64,000 nucleotides of DNA from the sequence record PP680570.1; one strand, written 5' to 3'. This stretch comes from Enterococcus phage VRE9_4. Within the stretch, counting starts at the first letter, position 1. Each line of letters starts with the position of its first letter. Under the pieces are notes generated by a model, which ran no database searches, was not told the DNA's origin, and saw only the letters and a list, made by a program, of their open reading frames with translations. The translations under genes and the position numbers were made by a program. Of the stretch, positions 21,428 to 30,533 are shown piece by piece.

Positions 21428-21456
21428 ATTATAACATATTATATATTATTTGTCAA
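21428..21456 (-). promoter_or_regulatory. Sigma-A-type promoter TTGACA-17-TGtTATAAT (kinase gene)
   Basis: Read on the - strand: TTGACAaataatatataatatgtTATAAT, followed by the conserved TAATTATAAAGTTAAA leader. Confidence 0.55.
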
Positions 21457-21521
21457 TCTTTCGTCAAGATCCCAGTTTTAAGCACTGAGACCTTTAACAT
21501 AAGATAATTAACCTCGTCGGA

Positions 21522-24500
21522 TTAAGCTGCTCGTTCTGTTTTCAGAACAATACTTCCATCATCACGAGTTTCAGTAATTAATCCAATTTTTGGAGTTGCT
21601 GTATCATTATATGCTCTAGGAATAAATTGATCGTCACGTCTAAAACCAGTAATAAATAGTTTGTTTCCTCTTTCAAAGAAAGATTTTTCTACAACAGTTT
21701 TCTTCCCTGTTGATGTTCTTTCTGAAATTTGTTTATCCCAGTAAGAAAAATCTCCTTTGTACATTTTAACTAAAACAACAGTTCCTTCTGGAGTTAAAAC
21801 ATCGATACTTGCTTTAACCTTATTTTTACCAATAATAGTTCCAACAATTCTATTTAATTTTAACTTAGAAAAACTTGCGTAAGGATTGATTTTTTGTGCC
21901 TCTCTTGGAAGAAGTTCAAAATTATCAATTCCATATCTATCTACATCCACACAATTTAATTCATGTTCTGTATAATAGAAGTTCATAGATTCCATTTCCC
22001 ATCTTGCATATGAATCGTGACCACCATATGAATCAAATAATTCTAACATTTCATCAAAAAATATTTCTTCTAATAAAGACTCTTTATTCTCTCTTAACCA
22101 ATTTCTAACAGTATCCATTTTTTTATCATAGAACTTACTCCATCTATCTCGACTCATCACAGTCCAATAACGATCCTCATCACTAAACGTTTCAATAAAT
22201 TCATCTAAACCAATCGAAGATAAAAAGTTTTGCGCCCGATCATCAAGTCTAATAATTTGTCCGCTCTTGGTTAGAACTTCATTTACATAGCGATTAAACT
22301 CATAAATTCGTTTTTCTTCTTGTAATGATTCAGGGAATCTATTAATTTTCATAACCAATGGGACTTGCGTCATTGTAAGATTTTTTCTAAGTCCTGTCAT
22401 CATTTTAGCATATTTTGCTAAAGTAATTTTTCTATCAGAGCTATCTATTTCTCTAAAAGCTCCTGCCTTAATTAATGTTAACATTTGCATTTTATTTGGG
22501 TTTGTCTTTCTGACAAAATCCGCTAAAGAACTAAATGGTCTTCCCTCGAAAATTTTCTGGATAAATTCATAACCAATCCCAGTTAATGGTCTTAAACCAT
22601 AAGAAATAAAATTACCTTCTACATTAGGAGAAAAGTTTGATTCTGATTTATTTATATCTACCATTTCTACTTTAATCCCATGTTTAATAGTATTTCCTAA
22701 CGCTACTGCCATTTTAGAATAGTCTGTTGAAGTTCCTGTTTCATCTCCTGAGTTGACAATCAAACAGCCACAGTTCCAATAAATAGATGGATAATGATTA
22801 AATAAGTTTAATTCTTGTAGTGCAATAATTGTATATCCAATTGTATGCAAAATTGAGAAACTATATCCCATTTGAACACTAACTGCTGAATCCCAAATAT
22901 AATGAACTGTTTCATTTGAGCATACTGCTTGTTCAAAAATTTTGGCTCTAAGTTCTGGAATTTTATCCATTAGTTTTTTACCAATAATTTTACGTGCTGC
23001 ATTAGCTTCTGTTTCTGTAAAATTACAAATGTTTTCATCCATTAAAATCAACATTAATTCTTCCTGTGTATTTGGAACTCCATAAGAAGATAAGAAATGT
23101 TTCTCTAAGATAGGAATTTCATCTGCTGGAATATTATATTTTTCTAATTCTTCGTACCAAAGTTGGATATTTTCTTTAAATCTTGCATACTTCTCTAGTG
23201 GCATTTCACCATTTTCAGTTGCCATAAGTCTCATTAATGAATTCAATGCTGCTGCATCTTTTACATCTTCTGGTTTACCCTTCCTTACAGCTTCTTTTCC
23301 TACAGGTGTATCAAGCTGAAAAATATCCAGAACTTTATTATCCCATGTTGGTTCCCACAATTCTTTACTATAATCTAATACATCAGGATGCAATGTATTA
23401 AAATATGTTTCTTTTAAAGAACCCTTCCATTCCATTCTATTGTCTTTAATCAATAAATCCATTGTTTGACGAATTTTATCTAAAGCTTCGATGGATAACA
23501 TATCCATTTTTAATGCTCCCATATCATCACTGTCATGATAATCCCATTGAGTTACTTCTAAGTCGTTAGGAGTTTTCATCATAGCATTAATATCTGTATA
23601 AGGATGATTAAAAATATAAACTCCTGAAGCATGAGAACCTCTACTTTTTACCATTCCTTCAATTGCTAAAGCTGTTTCTAAATAATTTTCGTATTTATTA
23701 ATTTCATTAATAAACTCAGAAACTGGTTTACGACCTTTTTCTGGATTCCCATAAACCATATCTTTTAAATTCCAATCAAAACCACGTTCATTTGGAATCA
23801 AACCACTTAAATAACTTGAAACATCATCACTTATACCAAGTCCTCGTGCAGCAGTAGCTAATGCTGATTTTGCTTTTTCGGTTCCAAAGGTTGCGATATT
23901 TAAAACTCTATCATGACCAAAAAAGTTTTTTAACGCCAATAAAATTTGTTCTCGTTTAGAACCTTGTGAATCTATATCAACGTCAGGTAATTCTGGACGA
24001 CTTTCAGCTAGATGTCTCCAACTCATATCTCCCACATATGGAATAGGATCTACTTGGGTAACGTCTAACAACCAGTTTGACATAAATCCCATAGCTGAAC
24101 CACGAGATACTCCAACTAATGAATCTCCTTCATCCCAAATTAATTCAATAATTTTTTGAGCTGTATTATAATAAGACGTCATAGGTTGTTTTAAACGTTC
24201 AGAAATTTTTACCAGTGTAGTAGCTTCAATTTCCAATTGTTCTAAATATCTTTCATTTAATACATTTCTAATTTCTAATTGGTTTAGACAAGTTCTACTC
24301 CAATATAAATCTTGGTCTTCGTCAGAATTTAGCAACATTGTTAAATATTTATATTTACTTAAATCAATATTATTATATGTTTTGCTTAATTCTGGTACAT
24401 CAACAGGAACATATGGAATTTCTTGTTCCTTAAACAAAGAATAATGTTTGATCCCACTTCTAATTTTTTCTAAGTTATCTAACATTTCCTGAAATTCTTC

Positions 24501-25376
24501 TTCTGAAAAATCTAATAAAAAGTATTCCTTAACTTGTTCAGGTGGCATCATATAAGCAGTATAATAGAAATCGTCAACTTCTCGCTCTGCTTGCTTACTA
24601 TTCAAATAAGCTTTATGAATTTCTCTATCTGCTTCAGTAAGATAATGACTGTCTGTACTAAATACAACTGGAACATTCATTGCCTTTCCAAGTTTCCAAA
24701 CTCTTCTATTTACATATCTTTGCTCTTCTGAAGTATTTGGAGCAATTTCTAAATAAAAATCTTCTTCGCCAAAAACTTCTTGATTCCATAAAACAAAATC
24801 AACAATTTTTTGTTTTTCTTCTAAGATTTTTTCTTGATTAATTTTTTCTCCAAATGGAACTTCTTCTGCCGCTTTAATTTTCAAAAAAGCTTGAGCTTCG
24901 AAACTTCCAAGACAAGCTGTAGAAGATACAATATGTCCTTTTCCATTTTCCTGTTCCATAATTTCTTTTACTTGTTCACGAGTAATTGGAGTTCGTTGTA
25001 AGCCTCTATCCCAATAACTATTTTCCCAAGCTTTAGAAGACAACATTCTTAAAATTTTATGTCCTTTTTTGTCTTTTGCAATCAATAAATGATGATAATA
25101 TTTTTGTCCCATTTCTAAATCTTCGACTAAATAAATTTCATCTCCAAAACCAATTGTAAAAGATTCATGGTCTATACGACCTTCTTTTTCTAATTTATCT
25201 CTATAATGCATTAATTGAGCGTGACCAGATAATCCTTCGTGGTCTGTTAAAACATAACCGCTTAAACCTAAATCTAAAGCATAATCAACTGATTGTTTAA
25301 TATCATTAATTGAATCAGCGAATCCTAATAATGCATTACTAAAACTACTATGATTATGAATTGAATAGTATCCCAA
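21522..25376 (-). CDS. DNA polymerase III alpha subunit (PHP domain + DnaE-type polymerase core)
   Basis: N-terminal PHP motifs (YSIHNHSSFS, LTDHEG), 1284 aa, uninterrupted. Confidence 0.85.
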   Translation of the reverse strand: MGYYSIHNHSSFSNALLGFADSINDIKQSVDYALDLGLSGYVLTDHEGLSGHAQLMHYRDKLEKEGRIDHESFTIGFGDEIYLVEDLEMGQKYYHHLLIAKDKKGHKILRMLSSKAWENSYWDRGLQRTPITREQVKEIMEQENGKGHIVSSTACLGSFEAQAFLKIKAAEEVPFGEKINQEKILEEKQKIVDFVLWNQEVFGEEDFYLEIAPNTSEEQRYVNRRVWKLGKAMNVPVVFSTDSHYLTEADREIHKAYLNSKQAEREVDDFYYTAYMMPPEQVKEYFLLDFSEEEFQEMLDNLEKIRSGIKHYSLFKEQEIPYVPVDVPELSKTYNNIDLSKYKYLTMLLNSDEDQDLYWSRTCLNQLEIRNVLNERYLEQLEIEATTLVKISERLKQPMTSYYNTAQKIIELIWDEGDSLVGVSRGSAMGFMSNWLLDVTQVDPIPYVGDMSWRHLAESRPELPDVDIDSQGSKREQILLALKNFFGHDRVLNIATFGTEKAKSALATAARGLGISDDVSSYLSGLIPNERGFDWNLKDMVYGNPEKGRKPVSEFINEINKYENYLETALAIEGMVKSRGSHASGVYIFNHPYTDINAMMKTPNDLEVTQWDYHDSDDMGALKMDMLSIEALDKIRQTMDLLIKDNRMEWKGSLKETYFNTLHPDVLDYSKELWEPTWDNKVLDIFQLDTPVGKEAVRKGKPEDVKDAAALNSLMRLMATENGEMPLEKYARFKENIQLWYEELEKYNIPADEIPILEKHFLSSYGVPNTQEELMLILMDENICNFTETEANAARKIIGKKLMDKIPELRAKIFEQAVCSNETVHYIWDSAVSVQMGYSFSILHTIGYTIIALQELNLFNHYPSIYWNCGCLIVNSGDETGTSTDYSKMAVALGNTIKHGIKVEMVDINKSESNFSPNVEGNFISYGLRPLTGIGYEFIQKIFEGRPFSSLADFVRKTNPNKMQMLTLIKAGAFREIDSSDRKITLAKYAKMMTGLRKNLTMTQVPLVMKINRFPESLQEEKRIYEFNRYVNEVLTKSGQIIRLDDRAQNFLSSIGLDEFIETFSDEDRYWTVMSRDRWSKFYDKKMDTVRNWLRENKESLLEEIFFDEMLELFDSYGGHDSYARWEMESMNFYYTEHELNCVDVDRYGIDNFELLPREAQKINPYASFSKLKLNRIVGTIIGKNKVKASIDVLTPEGTVVLVKMYKGDFSYWDKQISERTSTGKKTVVEKSFFERGNKLFITGFRRDDQFIPRAYNDTATPKIGLITETRDDGSIVLKTERAA

Positions 25377-25411
25377 TAAATATAACTCCTTTCATAATTC
25401 CTTATATATTA

Positions 25412-25440
25412 ATTATATCATTTAAAATATAAAAAGTCAA
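25412..25440 (-). promoter_or_regulatory. Promoter TTGACT-17-TGaTATAAT (DNA polymerase gene); -35 overlaps tdk terminator stem
   Basis: TTGACTttttatattttaaatgaTATAAT on the - strand. Confidence 0.6.
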
Positions 25441-25458
25441 GTAAAATAATTACTTGAC
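25431..25458 (-). terminator. tdk terminator: GTCAAGTAA-aataa-TTACTTGAC + U-run; stop codon inside arm; 3' arm doubles as -35 of pol promoter
   Basis: Perfect 9-bp palindrome flanked by A5. Confidence 0.65.
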
Positions 25459-26022
25459 CAATTCATTATAGTTAAAATAACATTTTCTACATACAGGAAC
25501 ATATTCGTTATCTCCAATTAAAATTTGTTCACCTCTATAAACAGCTTCTCCATTAATTGTACGTAAATTCATAGTTGCTTTTTTATCGCATAATGTACAT
25601 ACAGTTTTTAACTCTTCTAATTTATCTGCAAATTCTAATAATGCCTTAGAACCTTCAAATAAATTATTTTGAAAATCATTTTTTAATCCCCAACAGAGAA
25701 CAGGAATATTGCCCTCATCTACTACTCCAGCTAAGGTAATTACCTGTTCTCTTGATAAAAACTGGGATTCATCCACTAAGATAGCATGAACCTTTTCTTT
25801 TTTAGCTTTTTCTAAAATTTCTTCTCTGCTATCATTTAAGTATTCTGCCTCAATATTAAAGCCAGTTCTAGAAACGATCTTTTTAAAACCGCTTCTAGTA
25901 TCTAAATCAGAAGTATAAATTAATACATTTTTGCCTTGTTGAGCATAATTATAAGCAGTTGTAATTAAAGATAAACTTTTTCCTGAGTTCATAACTCCAT
26001 ATTTAAAATATAATTTTGCCAT
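25450..26022 (-). CDS. tdk: Thymidine kinase
   Basis: MAKLYFKYGVMNSGKS P-loop start, C-terminal CxxC...CxxC zinc ribbon. ATG 26022 with GGGAGAA RBS preferred over the track TTG 26037. Confidence 0.8.
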   Translation of the reverse strand: MAKLYFKYGVMNSGKSLSLITTAYNYAQQGKNVLIYTSDLDTRSGFKKIVSRTGFNIEAEYLNDSREEILEKAKKEKVHAILVDESQFLSREQVITLAGVVDEGNIPVLCWGLKNDFQNNLFEGSKALLEFADKLEELKTVCTLCDKKATMNLRTINGEAVYRGEQILIGDNEYVPVCRKCYFNYNELVK

Positions 26023-26024
26023 TT

Positions 26025-27206
26025 CTATTTCTCCCAAATTCCACTATTTTTATCATAAGCTAATACTAATTTTTCCGAAGCCCTAGTAACCATTGTATAT
26101 AACCATTTTCTATGATTTTTTCCATTTAATCGTTCTTCAATTCCTAAAACTTTAGAGTATTCACTACCTTGAGATTTATGTGTAGTAATACAATATCCAT
26201 AATCAATATAATTAACTCTAGCATCACCTTTTGCAAACTGATTTACAATATAAGATTTTTGGTTTTCTTTAATAAAAGGAAGCATATCATACTTGATAGA
26301 AAACTCTCCACCACCAAATTCTGGAATAAAACGAACTCGAGCGATCTCAATATCTTTTCCCATTGCGTTCCCCATTAATTTTTCACTTTTAAATACGCCA
26401 CTAGAAAAATTAACTTCACCTAACATACCATTAATAAGAGGAAATCCTTCTTCATTTAAAATATCCCAATTATTATTAGTTACAATAATTTTATCTCCCT
26501 CTTGAGGAGTAGGTGAAACAAAACCCTTGGCTAAACGGATTTCATCGTTGTAAAGTTTTCTGGTTGCGTTTCTTCCACACAAAACTTGGTCTGCCCATAA
26601 AAGCATACCTACAGAAATCTCTTCTTTTGGAACCATCTTAACAAAATCATCAGAAAAAGGTTTTATAACCTCCCCTTCTCGAATCATTTTAGATAGTTGA
26701 ATAATACTATTCCCTTCCTCTTGGCGCATGATTTCATCTAAGAAAATGTGAGGATTTTTTAACATACCATTATCTGCTCCTACAGGAGGTAGCTGCCCTG
26801 GATCTCCAAGCATTATAATATGAATACCTAAATCTGCTATATCTTTTAATAGGTCTTCTGGAACCATTGAAATCTCATCTATTAAAATTAATTTAATTCC
26901 TTGATAGTTTTCAATAGGAAGCTTTTGATGAATAAAGTTATTATTAATTTTGATAGATTTGTATCGCAATTTGTGTAAGGTTTGTGCTGCTGGAAATCCT
27001 GTTTGTTGAAGACGATAAGCTGCCTTACCTGTAAAAGCTCCAACCATATATTGTAATGGTGATAGCTCTAGTGCATTAATAATTTTTTTTGCTAAAAAAG
27101 TTTTACCTGTTCCAGCAAAACCAGCGATTGTAGTATAACGTTCTCCACTTTTATATCGTTCTACAGCAATTTCTAAACCTTGTTTTTGTTTACTTGTTAA
27201 TGACAT
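26025..27206 (-). CDS. RecD/Dda-like SF1B DNA helicase
   Basis: Walker A GFAGTGKTF, Walker B LILIDEISM, motif 'TTHKSQGSEY'. Confidence 0.7.
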   Translation of the reverse strand: MSLTSKQKQGLEIAVERYKSGERYTTIAGFAGTGKTFLAKKIINALELSPLQYMVGAFTGKAAYRLQQTGFPAAQTLHKLRYKSIKINNNFIHQKLPIENYQGIKLILIDEISMVPEDLLKDIADLGIHIIMLGDPGQLPPVGADNGMLKNPHIFLDEIMRQEEGNSIIQLSKMIREGEVIKPFSDDFVKMVPKEEISVGMLLWADQVLCGRNATRKLYNDEIRLAKGFVSPTPQEGDKIIVTNNNWDILNEEGFPLINGMLGEVNFSSGVFKSEKLMGNAMGKDIEIARVRFIPEFGGGEFSIKYDMLPFIKENQKSYIVNQFAKGDARVNYIDYGYCITTHKSQGSEYSKVLGIEERLNGKNHRKWLYTMVTRASEKLVLAYDKNSGIWEK

Positions 27207-27238
27207 TTAATCATTCCTTTTTTATTCATTATATTTAT

Positions 27239-27267
27239 ATTATATCATTATAAAAATAAAAAGTCAA
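27239..27267 (-). promoter_or_regulatory. Promoter TTGACT-17-TGaTATAAT (RecD-like helicase gene); -35 in terminator palindrome
   Basis: TTGACTttttatttttataatgaTATAAT. Confidence 0.6.
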
Positions 27268-27290
27268 GTTATTTACTTGACTTTTTATTT
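27259..27290. terminator. Palindromic terminator AAGTCAAGT-tattt-ACTTGACTT flanked by A/T runs (bidirectional); contains -35 of helicase promoter
   Basis: 9-bp stem, T-runs on both sides. Confidence 0.6.
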
Positions 27291-27397
27291 CGTTTAGTTT
27301 TAATTTGTTCCCAAGCAATTAAAGCGTTTTTCATTTGACCTGGGTTACGAGCTAAATATTCTGAAACAAATTCTTTTTTTGTTACTTTGCGTTTCAT
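27269..27397 (-). CDS. Small basic ORF (42 aa); stop codon lies in the loop of a terminator hairpin, so it may not be a real gene
   Basis: RBS AAGGAGTGATAGATATG. Not in the ORF track. Confidence 0.2.
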   Translation of the reverse strand: MKRKVTKKEFVSEYLARNPGQMKNALIAWEQIKTKRNKKSSK

Positions 27398-27546
27398 ATC
27401 TATCACTCCTTAAATTTATATGTAGGGGGGGGTGGTTTTAGGAAAAAGAAAATAGGCAGAAGGTAAATATGGCTCAATTCAAAAAATAGCATGAACCATA
27501 TTTTTCTCCTAGATTAGCGTCCGTAGACGATAAAAATCCTTTAATA

Positions 27547-29286
27547 TTAGAAAATGTATTTTTGCGCTGATTTCAATTCTAAATCTGCAACAAACATTTG
27601 TAGGAACGTACGACCTCTAAAAGTACTCATCTTAATAGTTCCAACTACATCAATTTTTGATTGCTGGTTTTTCATAAGTTTTTGTGCTGTTTCAGTGCTA
27701 ACACCCTTAAACTTAATAAACTCCAGTCCTCCAGCAGAAAATGTTATCTTATGATTATCAAATTCTCCACCCACAACTATATCATCTTTTTTAACAGGAA
27801 TATCTCTTAAAACAAAAGTAGGCTCTTCCAAACCTTTTCCCCAAAATGTAGCATAACGAGTAATTTCTGTTAAATTTTCTTTAGACATTTGTTGCCAAGA
27901 AATATCAAAATCTACAGAATATATTGGTTCAAAGACAATTTCTGATAATTGTTTATTGAAATATTCTACAATTTCATCCTTTTTGTCAGCAGCAAAGGCA
28001 AATCCGTGAGCTCCTTCGTGACCTTCTGCAAATTCAAATAATCCACTTTCTTGCTCAAATCGTTTTAATTCTGGTAAGTCAGATTTATCATCTCCACGAG
28101 CCGACCCACCAAAAAAAGTTTTTCCATCTTTTTCAAAATACGTTCCTACTAAAGTTGGCTTTTTATATTTTGAAACAAATTGATTGGCAATTAATCCTGT
28201 AAAGGTTTTTGGAAATTCATTTTTAGTATCTAAAATTAGAATCTGGTTGTCAGTTAATTTATTTTCTTCAATTTGAGCTTCTAATGAATTAAAGGCATTA
28301 TCTCTCAATCTATCTTGTCGAGCTTTAATATTATTCATTTTCCGAACAACTGCTTCATGGAATACTTCTGTATCTCCCTCTTTAGCTCCACGTTTTGTCG
28401 AGGGTACATCATAAGGTTTATCACTAACCATAGCTTTTGTAACTTCTTTTTTCTCGTCCATTGTTCCTACTCGTGTTACTGCATTAATCATTGGGACAAT
28501 AGAAAAAGATAAACCAATTGGTGTTACCTGTCCTCCAAGATTAAATGACTTAGCCTTATATAATGCTTTTAAAAAAGTATTATGAATATTTCTCATTCCT
28601 TGCTGAACAATATAAATTGTTTCTAAAGTATTAATTTCGATCATATCTCCTACAATCCCAATAGCAGCAAGATCATAATATTTTTCTGAGTGGTCGAAGC
28701 CATACATTTTATCATACAACGCAGCAAACTTTAAACAAACTCCTGCACCTGATAATTTCTTATTAGGATAATCATCTAAAGAAATATTTACCATTGTAGC
28801 ATATTCTGAAAATTTAGGTGCATCGTGGTGATCCAAAATTACAATAGGTATATTCAACTTTTCTACAATATACTTATGAACATCATATTCATTCGAAGAA
28901 CAGTCAGGGGCTATAATTAAATCTACATTATGTTCCCCCATAATATCTTCCACTGTTTTTACAGGAATTCCATGTTCTTTGTTCTCTTGGAAAACAATTA
29001 TTATTCTATTTGTTATTTCTTCTTTATAACAATCTTTTAAATAATTGTAGACAATAGCTGTAGATGTATAACCATCTGCATCAGGGTCCTGAACTAATAA
29101 TATTTTATCTTTTGAATTTACGATCTTGTCGTGAATAATTTCAGCAACCTCTTTCAAATTTTTTATTAAAAGAGGATCGTGTAACGCTGAATCATTTAAT
29201 CTAAAAATCTTATCTGGGTTTATTCCTCTATTTATGAAAATGTTAATAATGTTGTCATCATTTTTTCCAATTAGTTGCGTTCTCAA
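27547..29286 (-). CDS. DHH-family phosphoesterase (RecJ-like exonuclease / NrnA-like)
   Basis: Motifs 'VQDPDADG', 'IAPDCSS', 'ILDHHD' (DHH), and a C-terminal DHHA1-like GG...G segment. Confidence 0.6.
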   Translation of the reverse strand: MRTQLIGKNDDNIINIFINRGINPDKIFRLNDSALHDPLLIKNLKEVAEIIHDKIVNSKDKILLVQDPDADGYTSTAIVYNYLKDCYKEEITNRIIIVFQENKEHGIPVKTVEDIMGEHNVDLIIAPDCSSNEYDVHKYIVEKLNIPIVILDHHDAPKFSEYATMVNISLDDYPNKKLSGAGVCLKFAALYDKMYGFDHSEKYYDLAAIGIVGDMIEINTLETIYIVQQGMRNIHNTFLKALYKAKSFNLGGQVTPIGLSFSIVPMINAVTRVGTMDEKKEVTKAMVSDKPYDVPSTKRGAKEGDTEVFHEAVVRKMNNIKARQDRLRDNAFNSLEAQIEENKLTDNQILILDTKNEFPKTFTGLIANQFVSKYKKPTLVGTYFEKDGKTFFGGSARGDDKSDLPELKRFEQESGLFEFAEGHEGAHGFAFAADKKDEIVEYFNKQLSEIVFEPIYSVDFDISWQQMSKENLTEITRYATFWGKGLEEPTFVLRDIPVKKDDIVVGGEFDNHKITFSAGGLEFIKFKGVSTETAQKLMKNQQSKIDVVGTIKMSTFRGRTFLQMFVADLELKSAQKYIF

Positions 29287-30440
29287 TATATATCATACTC
29301 CTCTTCATCTGTTCCTATGGAATCCCATAGCTCTAATTTTTCTACAAAATTTTCATCTATCTCTTTGTATGTTTTTCGTTCTCTATATAATTCTGCAAAA
29401 ACTTCAAAACCACAATCTACTGGAGAATCTTTATATCCTGAAATCATATTAGTATCTAAAATAAAACTTATTTTAATACCATCTTCATTAGTTCCAAAAC
29501 GTTCTTGTATTGTTTTAAAAATTCCTATTAAGTTATCATATTCTCTATCATACTTCATAGATTGAAATTGTCTATCAAAAGCAAAAATAATTTCTTCTAC
29601 ACCTAATTTTTTTAATGCTTCATATTGATGCCGTGAAAAGTGCATACCAAATGCTGCTACACCAATATTTTTCTTTGGAGATAATAAATCATCCATTTTC
29701 ATGACCGATTTCTCTCCCTCAAAAACAATGGCTTTTCTTTCTCTTCTAATATTATTAGCATTAAAAAATAAACCGAATAAATAAAATGATAGTGGCGAAG
29801 AATACAGTATCCCTTCACGTTCAACGGGTCTATATTTTCCATATCGTTCTATCATTTCGCTATTAGCTATTCTTTGTCGTATACCTAATAGATTTCCTTC
29901 TTCATCTAAATGAGGAAACATTAAACCCGTTGTTGCATAATTATATCTGATATTATATTTATGTTGAGTTTCTGCTGATATACCTTCTCGTTCCCAATCA
30001 TTTACAATAATTCTAGGATAACGTAAATAAGGTTTTTTGTCATAAAACATAAAGCTTGGTTCTTGATATTCAATATCTAAATCATCATTATGCAACATAT
30101 CATTATCGCCTAAAGTCATAAACTCTTGTGATTGAATATAAATATCAATAGCCTCTTCTAATAAAAGTTCTTCATGATATTCATTCATATACATTTTAGA
30201 TAATAATTCAAAAATATCAAATCTACCACAACCAGTGTAACAATTAAATAATTTTGTATTATCATAATAATAAAGTTTATGACTGCCCTCACCTTTATGA
30301 TTATGACAGACAGTTTCAAAGACTAATTGGTGTTCATCAACCCAATTACCTTGAATACCTTGTCCTACCAAAAAATCATATACTTGTTGGATAGACATTC
30401 CAGCTTTTATAGCATTCTTATCACGTCCATATTCTGCCAT
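29283..30440 (-). CDS. DnaG-like DNA primase (zinc-binding domain + TOPRIM)
   Basis: 'CHNHKGEGSHKLYYY...NCYTGCG' zinc ribbon. 'IVFEGEKSVMKMDD' TOPRIM glutamate motif. Confidence 0.7.
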   Translation of the reverse strand: MAEYGRDKNAIKAGMSIQQVYDFLVGQGIQGNWVDEHQLVFETVCHNHKGEGSHKLYYYDNTKLFNCYTGCGRFDIFELLSKMYMNEYHEELLLEEAIDIYIQSQEFMTLGDNDMLHNDDLDIEYQEPSFMFYDKKPYLRYPRIIVNDWEREGISAETQHKYNIRYNYATTGLMFPHLDEEGNLLGIRQRIANSEMIERYGKYRPVEREGILYSSPLSFYLFGLFFNANNIRRERKAIVFEGEKSVMKMDDLLSPKKNIGVAAFGMHFSRHQYEALKKLGVEEIIFAFDRQFQSMKYDREYDNLIGIFKTIQERFGTNEDGIKISFILDTNMISGYKDSPVDCGFEVFAELYRERKTYKEIDENFVEKLELWDSIGTDEEEYDIY

Positions 30441-30482
30441 ATACCTACAACCTACTTTTTTAATTATTTTTTATACATTTAT

Positions 30483-30511
30483 ATTATATCATAATAAAAA
30501 TAAAAAGTCAA
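30483..30511 (-). promoter_or_regulatory. Promoter TTGACT-17-TGaTATAAT (primase gene); -35 in terminator palindrome
   Basis: TTGACTttttatttttattatgaTATAAT. Confidence 0.6.
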
Positions 30512-30533
30512 GCTAATTGCTTGACTTTAAAAA
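30499..30533 (-). terminator. Helicase-gene terminator AAAGTCAAGC-taatt-GCTTGACTTT; stop codon in arm; -35 of primase promoter inside
   Basis: 10-bp palindrome. Confidence 0.6.

Noticed and set aside
26023-26037. TTG start for thymidine kinase overlapping the recD-like gene
   Set aside because: ATG at 26022 gives the canonical MAKLYF...GKS N-terminus with a GGGAGAA RBS and removes the overlap.
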